From Octopus bimaculoides (Eukaryota): 64,000 bases of DNA. The DNA is taken from positions 40,317,108 through 40,381,107 of the forward strand of contig NC_068981.1 in the NCBI RefSeq assembly GCF_001194135.2, written 5' to 3'. Shown in pieces: positions 27,311 to 39,650 of the stretch. Each line of letters begins with the position of its first letter. The stretch's first letter is position 1. The notes beneath the pieces were generated by a model. The model saw only the letters and a program-made list of their open reading frames with translations. It was not told the origin of the DNA and did no database searches. The position numbers and the translations under genes are program-made.

Positions 27311-27900
27311 TACGAAGTGCCAGTTATGTGTGCGTACCTGCATTGCCACTCTAACTGTTGGAAATACAATGAATCAAGGATTGGCCTGTGAACTATGCCT
27401 CTGTTTTTCCCAACCTGCGAACTGGTTTGTATATATGTTTGTGTGCGCACACCTATGTGTGTGAATAAGTTTATATAAAACACACACTCGGAGGAATAAT
27501 GAAATCGCTTTTAATAAAATGTGAGACTAGCTTTCTCTCAGCTCTTCAATCAGATTAATGTTCGATGTATATATGCTTATAAAAACTCACTTTCTCTAAC
27601 TATAGATTGACTGATAGAGAGAAATAGACAGATAGACAGATTAATAGGTAAAATGTTACTAATATGTCTCAAAGACCGGAAGTCATCTTTTGAAAATGAA
27701 TTTAATACATAACTCTGCTGAAGAGCTGACGTTCGATTGTATCAGCAAAATGATCATCTCAAAAATCTATTGTTACATAATAATATAACAATACTCTTGA
27801 GATTTAATATCGAGGAATCAAGTGTAAATTTATGTAATAGAACGACTTGATCACTCTATTCTCCATGTGGATATATCTATCTATCTATCTATCTATATAT

Positions 27901-28166
27901 NNNNNNNNNNNNNNNNNNNNNNNNNNNNNNNNNNNNNNNNNNNNNNNNNNNNNNNNNNNNNNNNNNNNNNNNNNNNNNNNNNNNNNNNNNNNNNNNNNNN
28001 NNNNNNNNNNNNNNNNNNNNNNNNNNNNNNNNNNNNNNNNNNNNNNNNNNNNNNNNNNNNNNNNNNNNNNNNNNNNNNNNNNNNNNNNNNNNNNNNNNNN
28101 NNNNNNNNNNNNNNNNNNNNNNNNNNNNNNNNNNNNNNNNNNNNNNNNNNNNNNNNNNNNNNNNNN
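27901..28166. other. Assembly gap
   Basis: Run of N. Confidence 1.
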
Positions 28167-28214
28167 TTGTTATTTTTTGTATATTCTCCCATATATATAT
28201 ATATATATATATAC

Positions 28215-29642
28215 GTGTATGTATATGTATCTATCCTCTTCGTGCCAGCTAGCACATAAGGCCTCCACGCTCGTTTGCCATTTATCCCTCTGTTTTGCAA
28301 GTTTTCTTGCTGCATTCCATGATGACCATCCAACTTGATTCCTTTCTTTTTCCACTGTCCTCCTCCATGTGGTTTCTGGTCGACCAACTTTTCTCTTCTC
28401 CTAAGGTTGACAAGTCAAAGCAATTATGCAATGATGACTGGGTACCTTTCTCAATATATGTCCAATCCAATTCCATCTTTCCCTTTTTACTTCTTGGCTT
28501 ATCCTGGGTACTTGGATTATTTTGTTGAGTTCATCCATTGATATGATGTTTGGCTACCCTATTTGCGTTATTTTCTTCAGGCCTTTGTACTAAAAAGAAT
28601 CCAGTTTTCTCATCGCTATTATACATTTTCCAAGTTTCACAGCCATAAAGTACAGGTCTTACCAGCGTTTGGTAAAGTTTGATCTTTCTATCCCTTCCAA
28701 ACTGTTTTGATTGCTATATTTTGTCCAATTTGATCCAGTTCCATGTTTACCCATTATTCTTTCATTTCCCTTATTATTTGCTCAAACCTTGGCATTCACA
28801 TCTACAGTTACTATAACCACATCATGTTTGTGCAGTCTGCAGCTGTTCATAGAAGGTGTCTTTTACCTCATCCTCTGCATCCATTGTAGGTGCATACACG
28901 TGGATGACTGTTAGTTGAATGAATTTGGAATAAAATCTAGTTGGGAAGATTCTCTAATTCATGGGTTTCCATTCCATGAGTGCCGATTCAGCAGCTTTGG
29001 ACATCATAAAAGCTACTCCACTACGGTGTATATCGTCTTCTCTGCCAGAATAGATGACAGTTTTACCTGTGCTTAGCTTCATTTTACCAAAACCGGTCCA
29101 TCTACACTCACTAATTCCTAGAAAATCGATGTTGTTGTTGTATGTTTTCATGACTTTATCAACTTGAGCAGTTTTCCCGATCAGATACATTGTTCTGAAA
29201 TTCCAATTTAAATCCTATGCATATACATATGATTTAAAATTTGTTTTAGCTTTGCAAGTGACTATTTCGGTCGCTAGGTTTCCTTGCAGTTTTGGCCCAA
29301 CGACGTTTTTGTGCTCTGGTCATGCAAGAATCTGATGTTATCGCCTTCTGGTACTTGTCAAGTCTCATTTTCAAAGCCTGGTCTCGTGCGGTCTGAACTT
29401 TCTCTTTGAGCGCTTCTAGTTTTTTGTAATGAGTGTTTTTTTTTACGACAATTGGTTGTTAGCCCATTGCTTAATCCCACTAACCTGGAGGACAAGTGGA
29501 CTATTCTGGGTCTGACTTCTTCCCGTCGACCTTATTGCCTTAAGTGACCCTACCAGGAGTACAAGACTCATGATGGCATAGCTCTTCAGGTCATTGAAGC
29601 ACACAAACACTCCCACCAACGTTAAGATGATAGCCCACTGGG
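28215..29642 (-). mobile_element. RTE-clade LINE with 5' UTR, endonuclease N-half and ORF C-terminus; RT core deleted
   Basis: APE motifs IDFLGISECRWTGFGK, YSGREDDIHRSGVAFMMSK and IHVYAPT are joined near 28730 to KLYQTLVRPV..YGCETW and RPKTTWRRTVEKERNQVGWSSW...WQTSVEALCASWHEED. Flanked by (TA)n. Confidence 0.9.
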
Positions 29643-29674
29643 ATGCATGTATATATATATATATATATATATAT

Positions 29675-29792
29675 NNNNNNNNNNNNNNNNNNNNNNNNNN
29701 NNNNNNNNNNNNNNNNNNNNNNNNNNNNNNNNNNNNNNNNNNNNNNNNNNNNNNNNNNNNNNNNNNNNNNNNNNNNNNNNNNNNNNNNNNNN
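29675..29792. other. Assembly gap in (TA)n
   Basis: Run of N. Confidence 1.
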
Positions 29793-29811
29793 ATATGTAT
29801 ATGTATATATA

Positions 29812-29856
<45 letters not shown>

Positions 29857-30639
29857 ATATGTATATGTATGTATGTATGTATATATGTAAATATATATGT
29901 ATGTGTGTGTCTTTGTGTGTATATACAATATATACATATACAGAGAGAGAGGGGGGAACAAATACAGGAATATGAAATGTATGCCATACAATATAAATAA
30001 TTGATTTATTAAAATTACTTCAGTTTTTTAATTACCAAATGGCAATTAAGACTACTTCCATATGAAAAGAGGAAATAATCTTCAAGAATTTTCCATAGTT
30101 GACGTGCTTTTCAGGAAAAGGACAACTTTATTGTCTGAAGATGAGGGGATAGTTGTATACACGTGTTTCTGCCTCAATATGCGTCATCAGCACGCAATCG
30201 TTCTAACTTATCTCCAGTTACTTAGGCGTATGCAAAAGCAGTTGAACATAGTTATGGTATAAGTAATCCGCATAATTTAAACAAAGAGAAAAGTAGCCAG
30301 TCGCATGTATGATGTTGTTAAAAAGGATTGTTTCTATCTGTCAATCTTGACATTTTTTCCATCAGAAATACAGTGAGTCATTGATTGGTATCTTGGAAAC
30401 AATAGCTAACGGCACTATTGTTCTGAAATGTATGACATAAAAAATGGCTGTAATAGTAAATTTTGACTCATTAGTTACACTTCTGATCAGACAAGTGAGT
30501 AATAATAGTTATTTTCAGTTATTGACTAAAGGAAACACGAGTATTAATCTTCTCTAGTGACACAACACTGTGTGTAGTGACAATTTTAAACTCGTGATCG
30601 TTTTCTGTCGACATACGTCAGACATAAAGTTTTTCAAAG

Positions 30640-30994
30640 CTAATAAATACCACAGTCTTTAGAAGTATAGGATGCATTGGATAATGTAGTCTTAGATTTA
30701 CTGTTTGAATAAAAGATGAATGATCATAGCTAGAACGCCTTTTGATCAATGGTCTGCTCGACCATTGCAGAACCAGGACTGAACAACAGTTACTGATTTA
30801 GGCACAGAAAATTTGAGGGGAGGGTTTAGTCAATGCCATCATCCCAGTACTTGACAGGTACTTTATTTTATGGAACTTGAAAGGATAAAAGACAAAGTTG
30901 GCCTCGGTGTGACTTGAATTCAGAATGCAAAGAGCCAGAAGAAATAGCAGAAGCAGTTTTTTCCGGCACTCTAACGATTCTGCCAGCTCACCGC
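30640..30994. mobile_element. Family D remnant (+, 30640-30790) abutting a family A SINE (-, 30795-30994)
   Basis: gcattggataatgtagtc...gctagaacgcc; then ggtactttatttt...caaagttggcctcgg...ctaacgattctgccagctcaccgc. Confidence 0.75.
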
Positions 30995-31668
30995 TTTTGT
31001 GGAGTTAGATATTAACAACTGGCCAACCTTAGTACGACAGTAATTCCACTGTCTCTTACAGCATCAAATAAAATATCTTCTCCGCTTTGAAGTGTTCAAC
31101 CTATGTCTGACTTCGCCTGTTTCTCCTGTCTATTGTGAAAGTGATATAAAATATGAATACACTGGGACATATTCCAAACAAATGAAACAAGATTGGATCA
31201 GATTAGTTATTGATGTTATCCTGTATACTTTCGGCTGATTTACATTAGCAGGTATTCTTCACCTTGTTACCACCTAGCATATCCGTTCTTTTCTCTTACT
31301 TTCTTTTCCTGTGTACATTGTTTCAGTGTTCTATCTTTGACCTTTCTTTATTCCATCATTTCACAGTCGTGCCTGGAACGCCTACAGTTGTAGTCTGAAT
31401 AACTTGGTTTAAAATTAATCATAACAGATTTTGACAATTTAGTTAATGTTCTACCGCATTCGTATAAACTGAATTAGTTTCAATAATACACTCAACCATA
31501 CATTTATGAACACACGCACAGATATGTGTATCTATGTGTATTCCTTTATATTTGTACGTATAAATAGGAAAGGTTTTTGTTGCTTGTTGGTGTTCTGTTT
31601 GCTAGTTAGTGGTGTTTTGTTTGCTTGTTGGTGGTGGTGTGCTGTAGTTTATAGACAAATCCTCTCAC

Positions 31669-31930
31669 CATCTGAAGCACAGCACGAGCATGAAAGAGAT
31701 TTCTTAGTTGTAACCCATATCTGCTTTGATTAAATTTAAGTTCTTCAGTAATATTTTCCTATCAACGCTACTATCTAAAATTAGCTTCACTGTGTCTTTT
31801 TTTATATTTTCGGACACGACATTATGCTTGTAGCACTGACTTAAATATTTGTTTTCTGTGCAGATGGCATCCCCGAGTGATTTCCTTAAATCATTATATT
31901 TAGGCATAGTCAAGTGATTTGTCTGTTGAA
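31669..31930 (-). other. Candidate exon or old coding remnant (about 75 open codons)
   Basis: Acceptor-like ttccttcattcAG, open frame QQTNHLTMPKYNDLRKSLGDAICTENKYLSQCYKH...ADMGYN*, donor-like ATG|GTGAGA. No family recognised. Confidence 0.25.
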
Positions 31931-32659
31931 CTGAATGAAGGAAGTTGTTTTTTTTTTCCTCATTCAATCTGTTTATTTTTGAAAAACTACATTTGACTTA
32001 TTTTGTCAAACGCTTTTTATAGTATTAAAAAAAAAACAGTATGTCATTTAAATATGAGACGAATTTCAGAATGATGTTGTCAGACAGACCTATCGTCAAA
32101 AAATTAAGCTTAATGGATTTTATAGTTCATTCATATTAGTTAATATAATCTATTTGAATGCTATTCTTGTAAAACTGGTTTGCTCATTGGCTCTCGGTCT
32201 AGACTCAGGCTGACATTGTTTTTTTTTTCTTCACACACAGCATTTACAAACCTTATTCATAATATTTATATGTATTACACTCAACTTGTCACACTGATCA
32301 ATGTTGGCTTCTTTCTTTTTTCTCTTTCGTTTTTTTTTTTAATATTTTCTTATGCATCACCCTCTCTCTCTCTTCTTTACATCTTCCCACTTCAGCACTT
32401 TCCTCACTATCTTTGTTCCTCATTCTCGCTCTCTCTCGCTCTCTCTCTTGCTCTGTTTCTTTGTCAACACTATCATTTATCCATCTATTCATATGTTTAA
32501 CTGCACTTGTATATACATATTTGTGGATGGCTGTATGTATAGCGTTTCGTTGATGTTTTACCAGATTAAGAAATAAATGAAAGAACAAAAGACAATACCT
32601 GAGAACTAACAGTTATTTGATAATATTAATTGACACTTAACGTATATATATATATTAAT

Positions 32660-32895
32660 CTTTCTGTCTTACTTGTCTCAGTTACTGGACTATGGCCATC
32701 CTGGTATACCACCTTCAAGGCTCAGTCGATCAAATCGCCCCCCCCCCAGTACTTGTTTTAATCTTGGTACTTATTATATCGGTCACATTTTTTTTTGTAC
32801 TTCTACCTGTGATGGACACAAACAGACTAACACTGTTTATCAAGTGGTGAAAAACAAATTCGAGCACAGAGATGCGTATGCACATATACATTGAC
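32660..32895 (-). mobile_element. SINE family B, 3' part
   Basis: cttgtctcagttactggactatggccatcctgg...ggtacttattatatcggtc...gtttatcaagtggtg. Confidence 0.7.
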
Positions 32896-32939
32896 AGACA
32901 GACAAACAGAGAGACAGACAAATAGACAGACAGACAGAC

Positions 32940-32999
<60 letters not shown>

Positions 33000-33129
33000 G
33001 GCTAGATGAATATACTCATATGTTTATATGTGTGTGCGTGTGAGTATGAGAGAGAGAGAGAGAGAGAGCATCAGAGAAGAAGATAATAATGACATAAGTA
33101 TAGAAAGTTGTCATTGATACACTGTTCAT

Positions 33130-34701
33130 TTACTCAGATATCTCACAAAAGCGAAGCTTCAAACTTCTTGCGTTGAGCTGCACCAGGGCAATCACTTTGA
33201 ATAGATCAACAGTAATCTACCACCATGTGGGCATTCCATTGTCCCCAGTATATTTCTTCCAAAGTTCTTAAAACTTGGTGGAATCGTTCACCCTGCTCTT
33301 CACTTACGTCACGAAGGTTTTCTGGGAAATGATTCAAGTGGCTGTGGAGATAATGCACCTTGATACTCATCGTACAGCCATGTTGACGTTAAGAAGATAA
33401 CATTCTCTCTACTAGCTCAGTGTAATTATCTGCTTTATAATTCCCAAGCAAATTGTGTACAACCAAAGTGAAAGAAGACCATGTACCTACCTCAGCAGTG
33501 TTCATCGAATCTTTGAAATATGAATCTTTCATGAGTTCTTTGATTCGCGGACCGTCAAAAATACCGGTCTTTAGCTTCTCCATGCTCAGCGCCGGAAATT
33601 TTCTGCAGATGTAGCCAAAGCATCTCCCCTCTTAGCTCAGGGCCTTTACAAGCTGTTTAATTAGATCTAACAACCCTGTGGTGGTAAAAATTATCCTATT
33701 CTGGTTAACCAATGGCTTTGAAATTACACTACTACCATGTTTTCTCGCAGAGGCCACTGTTTTCTCGCCCAGTGCTCATCTTTAGATCTACTACTGCAGA
33801 GACAAATAAAGCAGGGATACTCAGTGTATCCGCTCTGCTGGTCCAGGAGAAAATTCACTATCATACCACTGGTGATCGTGGTATGATATTTTCTGTAGGA
33901 CCAGAGCAACTAGTTTTTGCTCTTCAGTAATCTTAGTTGAGTGACCAATTGGGATTGATCCGTGTTTGTTTCCATTGCGTAGAAGCACACATTTTAAGCT
34001 CCACCATTCGCTTCGCTTGGTAGATATTATGATATGCCCATTTTCATCAGCAAGCCTTGATCATTGTTGCAAAAAACAAAATCACTTCCCTCCGAGAAGA
34101 ACGACAACAAATTTCTTTCTCTATTGCGTAAGTTTGTGATTTTGATTTCCAGATGCAATAAATTCTTTTCTGCTAGTCTAGATGCCAACAATGCTGCTGA
34201 TATCTTTGAAAGAGTTAGCTCCGAAACGAGGTCGTTGAGCTCCAGCTGATTAAAAACTTGTCCCACTGATGAGATCCCTTCAAAATCACTGGCACCATGA
34301 CTACTGCTTAGAGGATTCATCTTCTTCAGGGAGCTTTTGTAGATTAATGAATGATAGGACTGCTATTTCATATGAGTGTACAACAGGTCGTTTTGCCGAG
34401 TCTAAGTGAGGATTCATCCATTTACTCTGACTACATTCATTAATGCACTTTATGCTAACCAGACAAAACTAACAATCTTCACTGTGATTCCTCTGTTCTC
34501 TCAACACCATAGATATACCAAATTTCAGACATTTCCTCATACCATTTGTCCACTGCTGAAGGTGCTCAATACAAGTTTTACAGACAATGTGTGGAGCACA
34601 TGTCTTATCTTGATCCCCTGGTTTTATTTTGAAATAGCTTAAGTATGCCCTTTTCACAAAACCAAAAATGGATTTTCTGTCCAATGAATGTATTTTTAAG
34701 C
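33130..34701 (-). mobile_element. Chapaev3-type (CMC) DNA transposon, degenerate transposase
   Basis: N-terminal zinc region GDQDKTCAPHIVCKTC...REQRNHSEDC; core KLKTGIFDGPRIKELM and HSHLNHFPENLRDVSEEQGERFHQ; C-terminal WNAHMVVDY. Several frameshifts; TIRs not seen. Family assignment from recalled motifs. Confidence 0.8.
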
Positions 34702-34717
34702 ATTTGTCAAATATATT

Positions 34718-34924
34718 TGTTTCTTTATTGCCTACAGGGGGCTAAACGTAAAGAGGACAAACAAAGGGATTAAGTCGATTACATCGACCACAGTGCGTAA
34801 CTGGTACTTATTTAATCGACCCCGAAAGGATGAAAGCGGAATTTGAACTCAGAACGTAACGGCAGACGAAATACCGTTAAGCATTTCGCCCGGCGTGCTA
34901 ACGTTTCTGCCAGATCACGGCCTT
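34718..34924 (-). mobile_element. Young SINE family A, type-1 (LINE-like) tail, 16-bp TSD
   Basis: Perfect TSD atttgtcaaatatatt at 34702-34717 and 34925-34940. Confidence 0.95.
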
Positions 34925-35194
34925 ATTTGTCAAATATATTACAGACTATCTCTGATTCTATAATAACCCTGTCGGCGGCCTATCCCAGATTCATGTGTGG
35001 GCAGTTGTACATTATCTCAAAAAGTAGACCTGCTTGAAAGAAATGTAGGGCATATTCTTATTCGGAGGGTTGGATATACCTAAAATCAGGTCTAAAACCT
35101 GAGGCACCAAATCTTTTTTCTTTTGTTCCATAGCGTTATTAATGAAATTGGTCCAAACGATTAATACGAATCACAATAACTATATATATATATA

Positions 35195-35282
35195 TCATCA
35201 TCATCATCATCATCGTTTAACGTCCGCTTTCCATGCTAGCATGGGTTGAACGATTTGACTGAGGACTGGTGAAACTAGATGG
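35195..35282 (-). mobile_element. 3' end of an abundant retroposon with (GAT)n tail, running into a gap
   Basis: (CAT)n cgtttaacgtccgctttccatgctagcatgggttg; recalled as a common octopus repeat, not verified. Confidence 0.55.
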
Positions 35283-36198
35283 NNNNNNNNNNNNNNNNNN
35301 NNNNNNNNNNNNNNNNNNNNNNNNNNNNNNNNNNNNNNNNNNNNNNNNNNNNNNNNNNNNNNNNNNNNNNNNNNNNNNNNNNNNNNNNNNNNNNNNNNNN
35401 NNNNNNNNNNNNNNNNNNNNNNNNNNNNNNNNNNNNNNNNNNNNNNNNNNNNNNNNNNNNNNNNNNNNNNNNNNNNNNNNNNNNNNNNNNNNNNNNNNNN
35501 NNNNNNNNNNNNNNNNNNNNNNNNNNNNNNNNNNNNNNNNNNNNNNNNNNNNNNNNNNNNNNNNNNNNNNNNNNNNNNNNNNNNNNNNNNNNNNNNNNNN
35601 NNNNNNNNNNNNNNNNNNNNNNNNNNNNNNNNNNNNNNNNNNNNNNNNNNNNNNNNNNNNNNNNNNNNNNNNNNNNNNNNNNNNNNNNNNNNNNNNNNNN
35701 NNNNNNNNNNNNNNNNNNNNNNNNNNNNNNNNNNNNNNNNNNNNNNNNNNNNNNNNNNNNNNNNNNNNNNNNNNNNNNNNNNNNNNNNNNNNNNNNNNNN
35801 NNNNNNNNNNNNNNNNNNNNNNNNNNNNNNNNNNNNNNNNNNNNNNNNNNNNNNNNNNNNNNNNNNNNNNNNNNNNNNNNNNNNNNNNNNNNNNNNNNNN
35901 NNNNNNNNNNNNNNNNNNNNNNNNNNNNNNNNNNNNNNNNNNNNNNNNNNNNNNNNNNNNNNNNNNNNNNNNNNNNNNNNNNNNNNNNNNNNNNNNNNNN
36001 NNNNNNNNNNNNNNNNNNNNNNNNNNNNNNNNNNNNNNNNNNNNNNNNNNNNNNNNNNNNNNNNNNNNNNNNNNNNNNNNNNNNNNNNNNNNNNNNNNNN
36101 NNNNNNNNNNNNNNNNNNNNNNNNNNNNNNNNNNNNNNNNNNNNNNNNNNNNNNNNNNNNNNNNNNNNNNNNNNNNNNNNNNNNNNNNNNNNNNNNNN
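35283..36198. other. Assembly gap
   Basis: Run of N. Confidence 1.
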
Positions 36199-36364
36199 CT
36201 AGCAATGCATGCCGGCGTTGCCCGGGTGTTATCACCTACAGCCACATTGTATTATTTGTTCCTTTCTTATGGGCAGAATCGGCACACGAGGAGTATGAAG
36301 CAAACAACTCTCTTTTATAAACATGTTTTTCGGTCATTTCTGATGAACAATGCTGCAGTTTCCG

Positions 36365-36495
36365 ACTACCTATTTCAGTCACAAGTCTGTGGTTGGCTCA
36401 GGTCTATAGTAGAAAACACTTGTCCAAAGTACTATGCGGAGGGACTGAACGTGGAACCATGTGGTTGGGAAGCAAACCTCTCAACCACGCAGTCT
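36365..36495 (-). mobile_element. SINE family B head and CORE-like segment
   Basis: ctatagtagaaaacacttgtccaaag...gggactgaacgtggaaccatgtggttgg. Confidence 0.8.
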
Positions 36496-36504
36496 TTGTT
36501 GCAC

Positions 36505-36539
<35 letters not shown>

Positions 36540-37416
36540 TACATTTGTTGTTAAATCGACTATTGTGTCCCACTATGTCTCAAAGTTAGCAAATCATCAA
36601 GCAGACATCTATAAAATAAATGTCAGATTGAAATTCAAACCGAGGTCAGTATGATCAATTAAATTTTTGAAGGTGATACCTCATCATGGCGACAGTCGAA
36701 AGACTAAACCCAGTAAAATAATGTTTAAAGTCTTAATGGCTTCAAATTTAAGGTAATGGATTACTAACCACAGGATAATGATTTCAAAACTTCGTATTGA
36801 ACTTCCACTCTATACGATAACACCATATGTACATCTCAGTCTACTTGACCGCCAACAATTAACAATTGTAATTTGAAGTTGAATGGTTTGCAGGAAGAAA
36901 GATGTCCAGATTTCTTATAAAATCATTGTGCAATAATTCTGAGAAAAAAGTTTTTTTCCCCACAACAGAACATACATACACAAAGAGGTAACTTGAACAA
37001 CTATGAATAGCAGCCAAATCTGTCTTAAAACACACCCTTTCATCAAAAGAAAGATACAAATTTACAGTATTTCAAGAAGAAAAAAACTATGCGATGGATC
37101 TGCTGCATCAGGGGCAGGTCTAGGCTAAACAAAACACAGACAAACATACTTCACATTAAAAGATTATCTACTAAATAATACTAAAAAATTGACGGTATAT
37201 CTTCGAAGTTTTATTCCCTGGTAAAACTCTATGTATTTTAAACATTTTCTCATTATGTTCTATCTAAAACATAATGATTGTTCAGGCAGAGTTGCCTCTC
37301 TTAACTAAAGACCTCAAAATTGTGCGATTCAAACTCATTTTCGAGGGTATTTTTGTAGTAAAAAAGAGCTGTTGTGAAAAAACATATTTAGTTTGGTAAC
37401 CGAAAGGTTACTGAAT

Positions 37417-37462
37417 NNNNNNNNNNNNNNNNNNNNNNNNNNNNNNNNNNNNNNNNNNNNNN
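37417..37462. other. Assembly gap adjoining (CA)n
   Basis: Run of N. Confidence 1.
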
Positions 37463-37463
37463 N

Positions 37464-37510
<47 letters not shown>

Positions 37511-37779
37511 AGAGAGACAGACAGACACATAGACATAACATAACGTTACAGCTCTAAAGTTTATATTTAAACTCGAATCGAAATTCAATATAAAAAATAT
37601 TGAATTCTTTTAATGGATTCAAATTTAAATTTTAGGTTCTCTTATCTAACTTTGATTACAGCTCGAATTCGAAAATCAATTTTTTAAAAAAATCATTTCT
37701 TTGATTTGATATTTTTTCCCGTCTGTCTTGGGTTTATCAATTTCAAATTCCGAATTGATTTCTCCTTTACCACCTCCAT

Positions 37780-38176
37780 TTCCTGTAAAATTAACGGTCT
37801 TGGTTTGGTTGACCTTTCCTTTCACTGGAAGCCACAGCTGGCCAAGTCAATAAAATAGCGACCGGCTGAGTGAAAATTCCATGGTTCTTTTCCCGCCAAA
37901 AAATGCAGCTCCACGTCAAAGACAGACACCTAAAATAGCTTCAAATTAATGTTTGAAGAAATATTATGGTAGTACTGAAATGTGAACTTCGTCTAATTTG
38001 AGCTGGAATCTTGAATTTAAATTAAGAATTTAAATTGAGACTAATTTAATGTTAAATGAAGAAGCATTTTATTTTTAAACTGAGCGTGAGTACAATCGGA
38101 TTGTTTGTTTGGAAGACAGTACGAAAAGTGTTTGTGTATGTCCATTAATGTTCTGAGCGAAATGGATGCGGTGAGT
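37780..38176 (+). promoter_or_regulatory. Putative promoter or first-exon island
   Basis: Non-repetitive segment with E2F-consensus TTTTCCCGCCAAAA (37888-37901), ATF/CRE-like CCACGTCA (37911-37918) and two GTGAGT donor motifs (38086, 38171). Motif evidence only. Confidence 0.25.
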
Positions 38177-38288
38177 TACACTTGCTTTTAGAATATAAGG
38201 AAGCAGTATCAAGCAAAATAAGGATTCAGTAGTAAACAAAGAATTATGCAACTTTTGGGACTAAATATTTCCCGGCATTCATATATAC

Positions 38289-38512
38289 GTGCTGGCGGAA
38301 TCGTTAGAGTGTCAAAAAAAAATTGCTTAGGGCTATAGCTTGAGGCTCTTTACATTCTGAGTTCAAATCCCAGTCAAGTAAACGTTGTCTTTTGCCATTT
38401 CGGAGTCGATAAAATAAAATACCAGTCAAGTATCGGGGGAGCGGTGGTATCGACTAATCCTCTCCTTCTAAAAATTACTGGCGTTATAGCTTTGTGCCAA
38501 AATTTGAAACAA
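38289..38512 (+). mobile_element. SINE family A (older copy)
   Basis: gctggcggaatcgttag...ttctgagttcaaatcc...gagtcgataaaataaaataccagtcaagta. Confidence 0.85.
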
Positions 38513-38654
38513 TTCGTGTATACTGCTGCTAAAATTTAACTCGGTGTTAGCTTTTCTAATTTAGCAGACCGAGGACTAGAGCATTGAAAAAGACATTAAC
38601 TTTTTCTTTTAAGATAATGGCAGTGAGATAATAGACTCCGACGGAGATGTGACT

Positions 38655-38777
38655 GTGTTATAAGAAGTTTGCACATTCTTCTGGGTCAGTCCCACTGCGA
38701 AGCACCTTGGGCAAGTGTCTTCTACTATAAGAAGTATAAGAGTAGATTTGGTAGATGGAAAGTCAAAGAAACCCATC

Positions 38778-38832
<55 letters not shown>

Positions 38833-39075
38833 TGTCTGTCTGTCTGTGTGCGTTCATGAATGTATGTGTGTGCGTGTGTGTGAGGACTGCTTGACAACCG
38901 GTGTTGGTGTTTTTATGTCTCGATAACTTAGCGCTTCAGCGAAAAAACCTGATGGGATAAGTACCGGGCTTTAAAGAAATTTAGTACTGGGGTGGATTCA
39001 TTCAACTAAAATTCTTCAAGGTGGTGCCCCAGCATGTCCGCAGTCTAATGATTGAAACAAGTAAAATGATAAAAC
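38655..39075 (+). mobile_element. SINE family B, near full length (CORE-SINE-like, internal microsatellite)
   Basis: gggtcagtcccactgcgaagcaccttgggcaagtgtcttctactata (CORE-like ccttgggcaag), internal (GT)n, tail ggtggtgccccagcatgtccgcagtctaatgattgaaacaagtaaaa. Confidence 0.88.
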
Positions 39076-39611
39076 AATAGCATATCCAGGACTACACCAT
39101 TCTAAATACACACACACACATATACGTCTCCTTCCATGTTTAGACTGTTGTTTGTGATTTGAATGAGATTTACTTGCTATTCCTTGCAGGGCAAACGACT
39201 GCAAAGAGATTCCCTTGTTGACTTGTTTATGCATGTATTGTACGCATGTCATAAAAATTTGATAATGAGTATCTTCACAAAGACAACTGTCGCCAAGCCG
39301 ACCAGTGATACAAATACTAAATCAGAAAAGGTTTTGATGAAGCAGTAATGCAGTTTTCTCACAGTTTCCATATAAATTCATGCATTTATTTGTGTCTTTG
39401 GTGAACATCGACATGATTGTATCTGTTATTTTTCTATAGATTGAGACAATTTATTTTATTAATGCCTACTGCTTGAGCTGAATATTTACTCACACAGGTG
39501 CCCGAGGTTTGTATATATGTATATACGTGTGTTAACATGATGGTTTGCGTATTTGCGTGTGTTTTGTGTGTAGGGCTGTGTGTGAATAAATGTATTTGCA
39601 TGAATTTTACC

Positions 39612-39650
<39 letters not shown>

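Noticed and set aside
36508-36538. (CG)n/(TG)n Z-DNA-prone tract; likewise the triplex-prone (GAA)n at 44499
   Set aside because: Real, but ordinary for this microsatellite-rich genome; no evidence of function.
24783-36654. Long ORFs of 286-461 aa spanning X runs
   Set aside because: Artefacts of N gaps.
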